A DNA stretch of 63,682 bases, the filler included, from Octopus bimaculoides (taxonomy: Eukaryota): the NCBI RefSeq assembly GCF_001194135.2. It is 6 parts of 6 records of this genome, joined end to end, with 100 filler letters (N's around TTAATTAATTAA, not from the genome) between each part and the next. Parts side by side here need not be neighbours in the genome. Positions count along the whole stretch, not along the records: positions 43,414 to 59,273 come from NC_068986.1; positions 59,374 to 62,551 come from NW_026347228.1; positions 62,652 to 63,682 come from NW_026373083.1; 3 more parts are not named here. One strand, written 5' to 3'. The notes below the pieces were generated by a model. It made no database searches. It saw only the letters and a list, made by a program, of their open reading frames with translations, and was not told where the DNA came from. Both the position numbers and the translations under genes were made by a program. Below are positions 53,741 to 63,682 of this stretch, in pieces (the stretch's first letter is position 1; every line of letters begins with the position of its first letter).

Positions 53741-55060
53741 TAGGGGATGATGATATGTGTGTGTGTGTGTTGTTAAGTCAGTGTTTGTCAGCCACTATCA
53801 CATGAGAATGGTTGTGTTTTTACGTCTCCAAAACGTAGCGGTTTCGCAAACGGGTCGATAAAATAAGTACCAGTCTTTAAAAAAAAAAATAGGCAGTAGT
53901 GTCAATTCGTTCGAGTAAAAATTCTTCAATGTGGTGCCCCAACATGACCACAGTCTAATGTCTGAAACAAGTAAAACAAAAAACATCTGGCCTTTATTTT
54001 TCACCAGACGTTATTTATAGAGGTTACCGTATCATACACCTGTGCTATGCCTTTGGAAGCCTCCTATTGTCGACCGCCGTTTAATTTTAGTCTCCTCGAA
54101 TCCCAAACGAAAGTTCCTCGTATATTTCAGTTTGCAAAAGCCACGAGCAATAATTTTATCATTGATTGCTATCATTTACTTTATGGAGAAGGCAAAGCGT
54201 GAAGAAATTCACTGTCCCACATTGTTTCATAGTTTGTTTTAAATTGCCCTCTGTGTCATTGGCCGTTGTGGGCCAATAAAAGAGATAATAATAATAATTA
54301 GTATTACAATTATCATTGTTATTATCTAAGGCGGTGCGCTGGCAGAATCGTTAGTGCTATTGACGAAATGCTTAGCGGTATTTCTGAGTTCAAATTCCGC
54401 CGAGGTCGATTTTACCATTCATTCCTAAAGGGTCGATAAAATAGGGACTAGTTGAACACTTCGGTCGATGTAATCGACTTATCCCCTCCCACAAAATTGC
54501 TGACCTTGTGGCAAAATTTGAAATCTTTATTTTGACCTAGTAATAGCGGTTAAATAATTTTTAACCGCTTGAATTTAATAATTAATAGGGCTTTATTTAA
54601 TAAAAAGGTCTGTTATCTAGAAAAAAAAGCTGTTTATAAATACAATTTGCAGTTAAATAAATGCTGTCTACTTACTCAATTCAAACGACACTAATTAGAA
54701 ATATTACAAAAAAACTTATCGAAAGTAATTCATTCAATTCACTTGTTCGTTGTTAACACTCCACACATTATTCTTTCCTAGCAAACAATTAAGTGCTTTT
54801 TGTTTTGTTTTTCCTTTCTTGTTATTTCCATTAAACCCAATATAAGAAATTTTTTAATTTCTCGATCGATTTTAGTATTTAGGAAAAGTTAACTGATTTT
54901 TGTAGCTCTCATCAGTTCTTTACTTACTTACGAAAGCTAACTATTGCCTTAACTCTTTGATCATCTTTGCTTTAATTTTAAACAGAATGAAACATCCAGA
55001 CCAACATAAATACATCATTATTACATGTAAAAGAGATTATAAGATATACTATTAACTTAC

Positions 55061-55104
55061 CAGCTCTGGGTTGTTGTTCTCTTTACAAACCTGACGAATC
55101 AATT
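55061..55104 (-). CDS. Candidate 44-nt orphan exon LIRQVCKENNNPEL
   Basis: Acceptor tatttcacttcag, donor CTG|GTAAGT, single open frame, phase 1 to 0. Confidence 0.4.
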
Positions 55105-55715
55105 CTGAAGTGAAATAATTGTTAAAAAAAAAAAAACCTGAAATGTAAACAACGAAATACGCTGCTACAAGAACTACTTAAAATTTTGTTTTAGTCACCA
55201 TCTGTAGTAGAAAACAAATGAAAAAAACCCCTCAAAAAAACACAAAGCTATTCTATATGTGACCATATAGTCAATATATATCGTTTTGTATATATGTGAT
55301 ATATATTGTTTAATATAATGTAAAAGACGTTTAATAATATTTTCACTTCTTGCATTTAATAAAAATGCATTTTATATATCCATGAAGATATTTAGTACGT
55401 ACATCCAGTACAGATGAAAAGATTATTTAAGTATTAAATTTAGTATGGTGACATTTTTTTTTTCTGTAGCAATTTTGCTTTCGTTTCAATTAGCCATATT
55501 TTTACAGGAAACATTTGTAGCGGAAGCATGGCTGCTCTTATCCTTTAGCTGCCCACATTGTGCCGTTTTACTTTAACTCTGTATTTTGGTTCACCGCGTG
55601 ATGGTTAGGTCTCTTTAACTTTATTTGGATCGCCCAACCCTTAGCATGATGAACTAACATAGCGTGACATTATTATATAAACTATACGGGAATTCTGATA
55701 GAAGCACACCATATT

Positions 55716-55924
55716 TATTTCTTTATTGCCCACAGGGCAACGACAGACAAAGGAATTAAGTGGATTACATCGACCTCAATGCGTAACTGGTACTTATTTA
55801 ATCGATCTCGAGGGATGAAAGGTTAAGTCGACATCGGCGGAATTTGAACTCAGAACGTAACGGCACACGAAATATCGCTATGCATTTCGTCCTGTGTGCT
55901 AACAATTTTGCCAGCTCGCTGCCC
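55716..55924 (-). mobile_element. SINE family B with a 17-bp target-site duplication
   Basis: TAGAAGCACACCATATT at 55699-55715 and 55925-55941. Head GGCAGCGAGCTGGC..TTAGC, B box GAGTTCAAATTCC, body CTTTCATCC..GATCGATTAAATAAGTACCAG. Other copies at 14275-14692(-, two), 38205-38613(-, two) and 54327-54520(+). Confidence 0.88.
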
Positions 55925-56178
55925 TAGAAGCACACCATATTATCAACAGTAATTTTATTTTCGTAACGACATGAGCGTGTCCCTCCTCGACTTTGTTTCC
56001 TCATAACTTTCTGGAAAAATAGTTGTTTTTAATGAAATTTCCTACAAATATAATTTCAGATGGTATAGATTATTGTTATCGGAATTTAATGAGTGAGAGA
56101 AAAAAATTGGGGGCAGATATTTTACACATTTTAACTTTGCTTCCTCATATGTTTTGATGATATAAATTACAATTACAT

Positions 56179-56533
56179 GGTACTACTAAAGCAGCATGGT
56201 CCCGAACTCGCAGTCGCGCAGTTGCGCGTCCGCGCTAGCTAGTCGTGAGTGGTCGATCCTACAAAAAGTGCGCGTGTGTGCNNNNNNNNNNGCGCTAGCT
56301 AGTCGTGAGTGGTCGATCCTACAAAAAGTGCGCGTGTGTGCAAATGAATACGTGTTTAGGGTTAGGGTTAGGATCTACCACTCACGACTAGCTAGTAGTA
56401 CCCCCTAACCCTAAACACGTATTCATTTGCACACACGCGCGCACGCTTTGTAGGATCGACCACTCACGACTAGCTAGCGCGGACGCGCAACTGCGCGACT
56501 GCGAGTTCGGGACCATGCTGCTTTAGTAGTACC
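56179..56533. mobile_element. Non-autonomous foldback/MITE with ~130-bp near-perfect TIRs, 9-bp TSD and internal TTAGGG repeats (Mutator-like)
   Basis: TIRs start GGTACTACTAAAGCAGCATGG. CAATTACAT is duplicated at 56170-56178 and 56534-56542. (TTAGGG)2-3 lies at the inner end of each arm. Confidence 0.85.
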
Positions 56534-57429
56534 CAATTACATTGAAAAAATATTATGGGGATTGTTCCACCCTTTATCCTCTGAAATTTGTTAAGTAAAC
56601 ATATTTTTGATAAAATGAAAGCTATTAAATTTTTTCACAAAATATCCTTGTAAAATAGGGGCACGTCTTACACGCAAGCAAATACGATAAGTATCAGTGT
56701 ATTGACAGAAGTCCAGTAAATTTCGCTGTTTCCCTTTCGGTTTTACATTTTACCTCTGAAAATAGAGAGAAACTTAACATACACACACACACCTTCTCTC
56801 TCTTTCTCTCCTCAGCACTGAACACGGTAAAAATTCCAGATCAACACTCATATACTACTCAAACTATATGTTCTGGAGGTGTCAGACAAATATAAAAACC
56901 ACTATCTACAACTGCGTGTTGTGTGACACACGTGCGTAATTAAACAAATAAGAACCGAGAGTGGCCTCCCTTTAGGATTAGACGTTTATACTGTTAAAGA
57001 CTTATCTTTGCTAGATACAGCAGTAATTTCTTTCTGCGACCAACTTCCAACTCTATTTATTTGAAAGCAGCACATGACTTATGAGATAGAGATCACGACA
57101 GGTTGAGCTGAACTAGGTTTTCTGTTTCCAGCTTCAGTAGACAGTTGATACAGAAAGTAATGAGAAAACGAGCTGAGATCCATCAACCTGGACAAACAGG
57201 TTTCGTGACAAGCAGGGGGCTGTATATAGCGGTAACTGCCATCTAAATAGGTGCAATACAGCAGTAATTTCAATAGTATCAAATTCCAAATAGAAATAAT
57301 CATTTCACATTCATGTTTACACACACCATTCAGTGTATACTTCAATCGGTACTGCTGATTCAATTCTAATCTTTGTAAACGACCGTATAAATAAACATAT
57401 TGATATATAAGTCCCTCGTTACTCACATT

Positions 57430-57815
57430 TGTTGTTGCTGTTGGCACTCCGTCGCTTACGACGTCGAGGGTTCCAGTTGATCCGATCAACGGAACAGCCT
57501 GCTCGTGAAATTAACGTGCAAGTGGCTGAGCACTCCACAGACAAGTGTACCCTTAACGTAGTTCTCGGGGACATTCAGCGTGACACAGTGTGACAAGGCT
57601 GACCCTTTGAATTACAGGCACAACAGAAACAGGAAGTAAGAGTGAGAGAAAGTTGTGGTGGAAGAGTACAGCAGGGTTCGCCACCATCCCCTGCCGGAGC
57701 CTCGTGGAGCTTTAGGTGTTTTCGCTCAATAAACACTCACAACGCCCGGTCTGGGAATCGAAACTGCGATCCTATGACCGCGAGTCCGCTGCCCTAACCA
57801 CTGGGTCATTGCGCC
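57430..57815 (-). mobile_element. Full-length SINE family C (tRNA-like head, (CAA)n tail)
   Basis: GGCGCAATGACCCAGTGGTTAGGGCAGCGGACTCGCGG..GTTTCGATTCCC. The 3' half is shared with copies at 40272-40503(+), 36785-37095(+) and 11230-11405(+). Confidence 0.85.
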
Positions 57816-58479
57816 TCCTCATTCAGATACCATAGATACTCTAATTGCATTTCGTTCACATACACACACGACTGGCTTCCGTATAGTTCCTGACTCATAA
57901 ATTTACTCAAAAGGCATTAGTTAAACCGACAAGACGCATACCAAAAGGTACCTCACAGAAAAATGGGACCTCCTAACCAAACAGCCACATCTGCAAGACT
58001 ACTGCTTACTTATAAAGTTAGCATTAAAAAGTTAACATTAATGCGCTATAGATTAAATTTGCCTTACCTGTATTATTCCACTAAGCTCCGAGCAGAAACC
58101 TATGTCGGATCGAATTTGTCTTATATACAAAAATAAAGTCTGGGTTGTAATGAGGGCAAGCATGATTGTACGGTTCAAAAGTTCGCTTTCCAGCCACATG
58201 GGTTTAATAATCATAACTACAACACAACATTCTCGGTAAATGTTTGCTACCATAGCCTAAGTTTGACTAATACAAATCAACTTCAACCGAGACGGGGAAA
58301 ACTACTTCATCTCAAGATTCAATTGATATTTCACAGAACTGGATTTTTAAGTTAGAGGGACGATCCAACTGATTGGCTTTAAGTATAAATATATTAATAG
58401 ATCCGATTTATACAAAATAAAATCGACAGAGAAAATTAAAGGGGAGGAAGAAAGGTGTTATAAGTCCACCTTTGAACTT

Positions 58480-58760
58480 TTCTGCATTATGATCTGAAAT
58501 GTAAGATCTTCTCCAAAGTCGATTTTAGTGATTACTTCAACTTATCCTTATATTTAAAGATAGGTCCTCCTTTACCGCGGCATCCCTCCACTTGTTTATC
58601 ATACAAAATAATTTTTGGAATGCGGTCATCTTTCATTCGAACATGTCCCACGCGTCTGCAATGAATTCTCACTAGCATGCTTTGGGTACTGGAGATATCA
58701 CATTGTTGTCATTTTATGTAGCAGATATTGCGCAGACAGCACATGTGAAAGGTTTCAAGT
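58480..58760 (-). mobile_element. RTE/BovB-like LINE 3' fragment
   Basis: RVGHVRMKDDRIPKIILY..EG.R.KGGP.FKYKDKLK. Confidence 0.7.
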
Positions 58761-58962
58761 TTCTTTATGCGTCTGTAGTAAGTTCATGCTTACCTACCTA
58801 CATAAATACATAACGAAATGTTAGCGCCAAACAGTGTTTAGATATAACCAAAAAAGCTTTCAAGTTTCTTTATACGTCTCTAGTAAGCATGAATTCATGC
58901 TTACCTACCTACCTACATATATACATAACGAAATGTTAGCGCCAAACAGTGTTTAGATATAA
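58750..58962 (+). repeat. Tandem duplication of ~105 bp
   Basis: TTTCAAGTTTCTTTAT.CGTCT.TAGTAAG..CATAACGAAATGTTAGCGCCAAACAGTGTTTAGATATAA occurs twice. Confidence 0.85.
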
Positions 58963-59117
58963 GCAAAATTAGGTTAGTTAAAGTAGAGAAAATATTTCTC
59001 TTATTTTCACACCTTTTTACCATAAGAGAGATATTTTCTCCACGGTGACTGCTGTGAATTCGCCTTTTAGCAGTTGAAATATGTCACAAACATATTTCAA
59101 CTAACCTAAATTTTGCA
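58963..59117. repeat. Small MITE-like element with nested hairpins
   Basis: GCAAAATTAGGTTAGTT / AACTAACCTAAATTTTGC termini; internal stems GAGAAAATAT.TCTCTTAT and GTTGAAATATG. Confidence 0.7.
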
Positions 59118-59373
59118 TACATATATACAGTTGCAGCATGGAAGGTGTTTATAATCCATTTAAAAACACACAAAACCCGTTAAATTCACTTCAACATTTA
59201 AATATAATTTGCCAAAATATTTCCGTTGCTTTGAGACCGCGACCTGATCGCTAACAAAATTCCTGATCAAGTCNNNNNNNNNNNNNNNNNNNNNNNNNNN
59301 NNNNNNNNNNNNNNNNNTTAATTAATTAANNNNNNNNNNNNNNNNNNNNNNNNNNNNNNNNNNNNNNNNNNNN

Positions 59374-60064
59374 CTCGATTGAATAACTTTTTCTTACACT
59401 CATCTTGTCTTGGGGTGAAAATGACCAGAAAAATGATTTCCTATCCAAGGTGGCAAAGTTAAACTTTTTACATACCAATCAGGCAATCACGTAATTGTTG
59501 AACCAGTCAGCGAGCTCTCCTCTTGGCCGTTGGAAAGTTCTACGTGACTCGTTTTGCGTATGCACATTAATAATGACCTCATTTATCTCTACCAGGAAAA
59601 CTGTAGTTTGAAATTTGAATGTGCGAGTGTAGCTACAATGTGCTACGTCTTCATCTTGATCATTGACGAAGACGAGTGTTTGTGTCGCATGATGTGATTG
59701 GCTGAGATTAGGGACGTTTTGTCGTCACCAGCCACCTCTGCAATAGTAGCACAGTGAATCGCACCTGCAAGAATCGACCTTGAAGATAAGAGACATCTGG
59801 TAAATGCTCGGAAAAAACGAAGTGTTAAAAGTCAATTTTCATTGCTCAGCTGTGTAATTGAGTTACGAAAGAACACACAAGAATAGTTTTTGTGTCGTCA
59901 TTATTTTTACTTGCCAAAAAAAGATATTTTGAAAAGGATGGTATACACTGCATTAAAGCAGTTTGAATAAATATTAAAAAAAGAATGTTTGCTTCTTTCG
60001 TCTTTCTGCCGCTCTCAATTAGGTCTTATTTTGTGGTAGGTTTTATTATCGGGGAAACACGGTA
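59374..60064 (-). mobile_element. 5' end of the same pogo family including its TIR
   Basis: 59374-59945 is near-identical to 61983-62551. It ends in GGTCTTATTTT..GGTAGGTTTTATTATCGGGGAAACACGGTA, the reverse complement of a pogo-type TACCGTGTTTCCCCG terminus. Confidence 0.85.
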
Positions 60065-60377
60065 GCACTTGCATCTGAATGTTGTTTGCAGATTGTACAT
60101 ATATTTAATATATGGATCCATCTAATCCAGTGTTACTCAGGAAAAATCTCCTTCAGTTGAGTCGGCAACACATCTCATAGTAAACCCATGCATATCAGGA
60201 TCTTATGGATATCAATGAGGGAAATATATTCATCTCATACCTTCTGACTGTATTTATATTCTCTCCATCTCCCTCTCTCCCTCTCTTTCTCTATATATAG
60301 GGGATGACGGGGGACCGGAACTCATTGAGGTTTGCTGTGCTTGAAAAGACATGTCAAGCTAAGTAAAAGTATGGTTA

Positions 60378-60538
60378 CCCTTGCATAAAGGCTTGGCCCC
60401 TGCATAAAAGCTCGGCCCTTGCATAAAAGCTTGGCTCTTGCATAAAGGCTCAGCCCTTGCAAAAAGGCTCGGACCTTGCATAAAGGCTTGGCCCTTGTAT
60501 TAAAGGCTTGGCCCTTGTATTAAAGGCTTGGCCCTTGT
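60378..60538 (+). repeat. Minisatellite, ~8 copies of a 19-20 bp unit inside an RTE-type tail
   Basis: CCCTTGCATAAAGGCTTGG repeated. Confidence 0.9.
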
Positions 60539-60733
60539 GACCCTCTCCAGCTGAGCATCCAGTGGGCTTGTACGTGTTAGTGACACATAAAAAGCACCTG
60601 TGCCAGTGTTGCATAAGAGCACCCGGTACACTCTGTAAAGTGGTTGGNNNNNNNNNNACAGAAATTACGAAAAACGATCTACATTTACTTACCATTAACA
60701 TGTTTTTCTATTCAGAAACTCATTAACAATAAT

Positions 60734-62011
60734 TTATTCAAAAACAATCATATCATCATCCTCTGGAATGTCTTGCAAGTCATCGGTTTCCAAAATTCCA
60801 GCGGAGTTTTCGCTTAACTCAATTTCCCACAGAATTTTCGCTCCTATTCTCTCATGTCGAGCAATAGAGGTCTAACGGAATGAGAAGTTCTTATCCAGGT
60901 AGCCTGCTCATAGCGCATTGGCAACACAGCTGTCTGTGATTTTGTTCCATGAATTTGTCACCCAAGTCACGATCTCTTGTAGTCTGTGCTTCACAAAATT
61001 TCTACGTTCATTTCTCACTATTCTGTTTTCAATGTAGTCATTAATTTCCATGCGTAAGTGGTCCTTGAATGGTTTATTTATTGCAATATCAAGAGTCTGG
61101 AGATAAGCAATCATTCCTGCAGGAATCATGATTTGATCTATTCTCCTTTCTGCAAGGAAGTTCTTCATGTCTTTTGCACGGTGCGTGCTGGCTGAATCCC
61201 AAACTATCATACCTCTTTCGCTTCCTTGCAAAATCAATGGCAGCATGAAATCTATCCATTTCCTTAAAACTGCCTGTGTACACCATGCCTTTTCAGTTTC
61301 CACAACACAGATGCCTGAAACGCGTTCAATTTCATCCTTCCTGCCTTTGGTGATGATTAGAGGTGGGGCTTTACTTCCATTGAGACGAACTGCCAAAATA
61401 CATGTAACTCGTGCACTTTCGTAACCAGTGGAGGGAATGTAGATTGACGACGCAGCCCTTTGATCGATTGTCAATTGAGATCCTTGGCCCATGAACACTG
61501 CAGTTTCATCCATAGCAATCGTTACTAAAGTCTATCCCATCAACAAAGAACTTAAATGTGAGTGCACGTTTATTAATATCGGCATCTTCCATTTTGAACA
61601 GTGTTGTTGACCATCTAAGAGAAAATTCATGTCGCTGAAGGAAACCATCCAACCAGTGTTTTGAAGTTTTGAAGTCTTCTGGAAATATACCAAATTGTTG
61701 TGCATTTTAAGGGCAAATGTTTGAATATCAGCCCTGCGAACAATCAAAGCTCTTGCTCTCCTTTCAGAAACCCATTCACAAATGATGTCTTCCAGCTCAG
61801 AAAATGGTGGTCGCCGACCTGATCCACACTTGCGTTTCTTTGCATTTCCCTTGTCCATTTTTTAACTGAGTTTATCGTAGCCTGATCGCCATTTTCGAAC
61901 CATTCGGAGATCCAAATTCCTTTCTTTACAGAAAGCAGTAAGGTTCTTGCTCTGTGATTCCTCCACTATTCCTTTTTTGTACTCGATTGAATAACTTTTT
62001 CTTACACTCAT
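60734..62011 (-). pseudogene. pogo-superfamily transposase pseudogene (N-terminal HTH/Brinker-like domain, CENP-B-type HTH, DDE_1, DD35D), POGK/Passer-like
   Basis: MSVRKSYSIEYKKGIVE.., GSGRRPPFSELEDIICEWV.., MDETAV, WDSASTH and LQTLDIAINKPFK with 35 residues between the 2nd and 3rd Asp. In-frame stops at 61864-61862 and ~60908, plus frameshifts. Confidence 0.92.
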
Positions 62012-62651
62012 CTTGTCTTGGGGTGAAAATGACCAGAAAAATGATTTCCTATCCAAGGTGGCAAAGTTAAACTTTTTACATACCAATCAGGCAATCACGT
62101 AATTGTTGAACGAGTCAACGAGCTCTCCTCTTGGCCGTTGGAAAGTTCCACGTGACTCATTTTGCGTATGCACATTAATAATGACCTCATTTATCTCTAC
62201 CAGGAAAACTGTAGTTTGAAATTTGAATGTGCGAGTGTAGCTACAATGTGCTACGTCTTCATCTTGATCATTGACGAAGACAAGTGTTTGTGTTGCATGA
62301 TGTGATTGGCTGAGATTAGGGAAGTTTTGTCGTCACCAGCCGCCTCTGCAATAGTAGCACAGTGAATCGCACCTGCAAGAATCAACCTTGAAGATAAGAG
62401 ACATCTGGTAAATGCTCGGAAAAAACGAAGTGTTAAAAGTCAATTTTCATTGCTCAGCTGTGTAATTGAGTTACGAAAGAACACACAAGAATAGTTTTTG
62501 TGTCGTCATTATTTTAACTTGCCAAAAAAAGATATTTTGAAAAGGATGGCANNNNNNNNNNNNNNNNNNNNNNNNNNNNNNNNNNNNNNNNNNNNTTAAT
62601 TAATTAANNNNNNNNNNNNNNNNNNNNNNNNNNNNNNNNNNNNNNNNNNNN

Positions 62652-62692
<41 letters not shown>

Positions 62693-62825
62693 TTTTGCAA
62701 AGAGCAGCTCATTGGGCAGAGCGCACATTTTGAGGAAGGAATTATCTGTCTGAGGTCCTTGTGACTTGAAAGATGACTAAAGACTCCGGTGCATTTTTAT
62801 CTACACTGTGTTACGAAGGAATAAC

Positions 62826-62857
<32 letters not shown>

Positions 62858-62874
62858 TAACAACAATAATAATA

Positions 62875-63400
62875 ATATCCTGATGCAGTACCAGGCACTG
62901 GCTCTCGCGGCTTTTGATTGGATGTGTTATCATGTGCATTGCGTTGTCTTGGTATAAAAGATGGGTTACAGCAATTATTTTGCTCAACACCACAGATTAG
63001 CTGGTCAGTTGTTTGACCTTAACCAGTTGAACTTGTCCTTTGTTGACTGACGCTATGTGCATCTCTGATCACGAGCAGAAGTAGCGCGGAAGCTTCATAG
63101 CCATTCTTTGGAGTTTGAATAATTTACTTCTGGAAACATGGGTGTTTCGTTCAACATCCTTAAAAAAACCTTTTCCTCAAGGACCATTTGAGCAGGATGC
63201 GCTACTCGACTTGAAGAAAATTCTAACTGGGCTCCCACCTGCAAGGTCATGTACTGTTTATCTTGATATAAGGTCATCATGTCGTGCACATATGCTTGTG
63301 ATGCATTTACTTGGTAACCCTTATCAGACCTGTAATCATGATGAGTATACTGAGATCCGTATATTTTACCCGAGTGTCACTTTGATGGCATGCATTTCTC
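62875..63400 (-). repeat. Dispersed retroposon-derived repeat, with a decayed Dong/R4-like 3' end at 62690-62870(+)
   Basis: Recognised from memory as an abundant octopus repeat. The adjacent piece ends in a TAA tail. Confidence 0.45.
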
Positions 63401-63408
63401 TCTCATTC

Positions 63409-63657
<249 letters not shown>

Positions 63658-63682
63658 ATGTGAGAACGATAAATCACTGCTC

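Noticed and set aside
56356-56414. Interstitial telomere or chromosome-fusion scar (TTAGGG facing CCCTAA)
   Set aside because: Only 2-3 units per side, embedded in TIRs with a 9-bp TSD; better explained as part of a transposon.
57740-57815. tRNA gene
   Set aside because: The tRNA-like A/B boxes continue into a SINE body and tail, and the cloverleaf is not intact.

Overview
Repeat-dense, gapped animal genomic DNA, not prokaryotic. The tRNA-derived SINEs, RTE/Dong-R4/Penelope remnants, AT richness and microsatellite load point to an octopod genome, probably Octopus (inference from remembered repeat families, not a search). Nearly all ORF-track entries are artefacts of N runs, microsatellites or decayed transposons. 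The one well-supported host gene is a minus-strand S1 (trypsin/chymotrypsin-fold) serine peptidase that the ORF track does not resolve. It has a TATA box and Inr, and three phase-compatible exons at 47583-47547, 47262-47103 and 46533-46406, giving MLPLCYLLVSANG-TQKG-IVGG...CGGTL...TAAHC...VIHGGY. Its activation site is non-canonical (Gly-IVGG). Its Asp102 and Ser195 exons are not in the sequenced bases, and a DD34D mariner plus a ~1 kb gap lie in intron 3. Other notable items: a young CpG-rich foldback element with ~130-bp TIRs, a 9-bp TSD and internal TTAGGG repeats (56179-56533); a DD35D pogo/POGK-like transposase pseudogene; a DUF4817-type Tc1/mariner relic; several long hairpin elements; a CpG-rich promoter-like zone (10.4-13.5 kb); and a CpG-poor 12-kb block with orphan exon candidates. 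Five 100-bp scaffold joins carry a synthetic TTAATTAATTAA linker, so adjacency across them is uncertain. I found no convincing wholly new multi-gene system.
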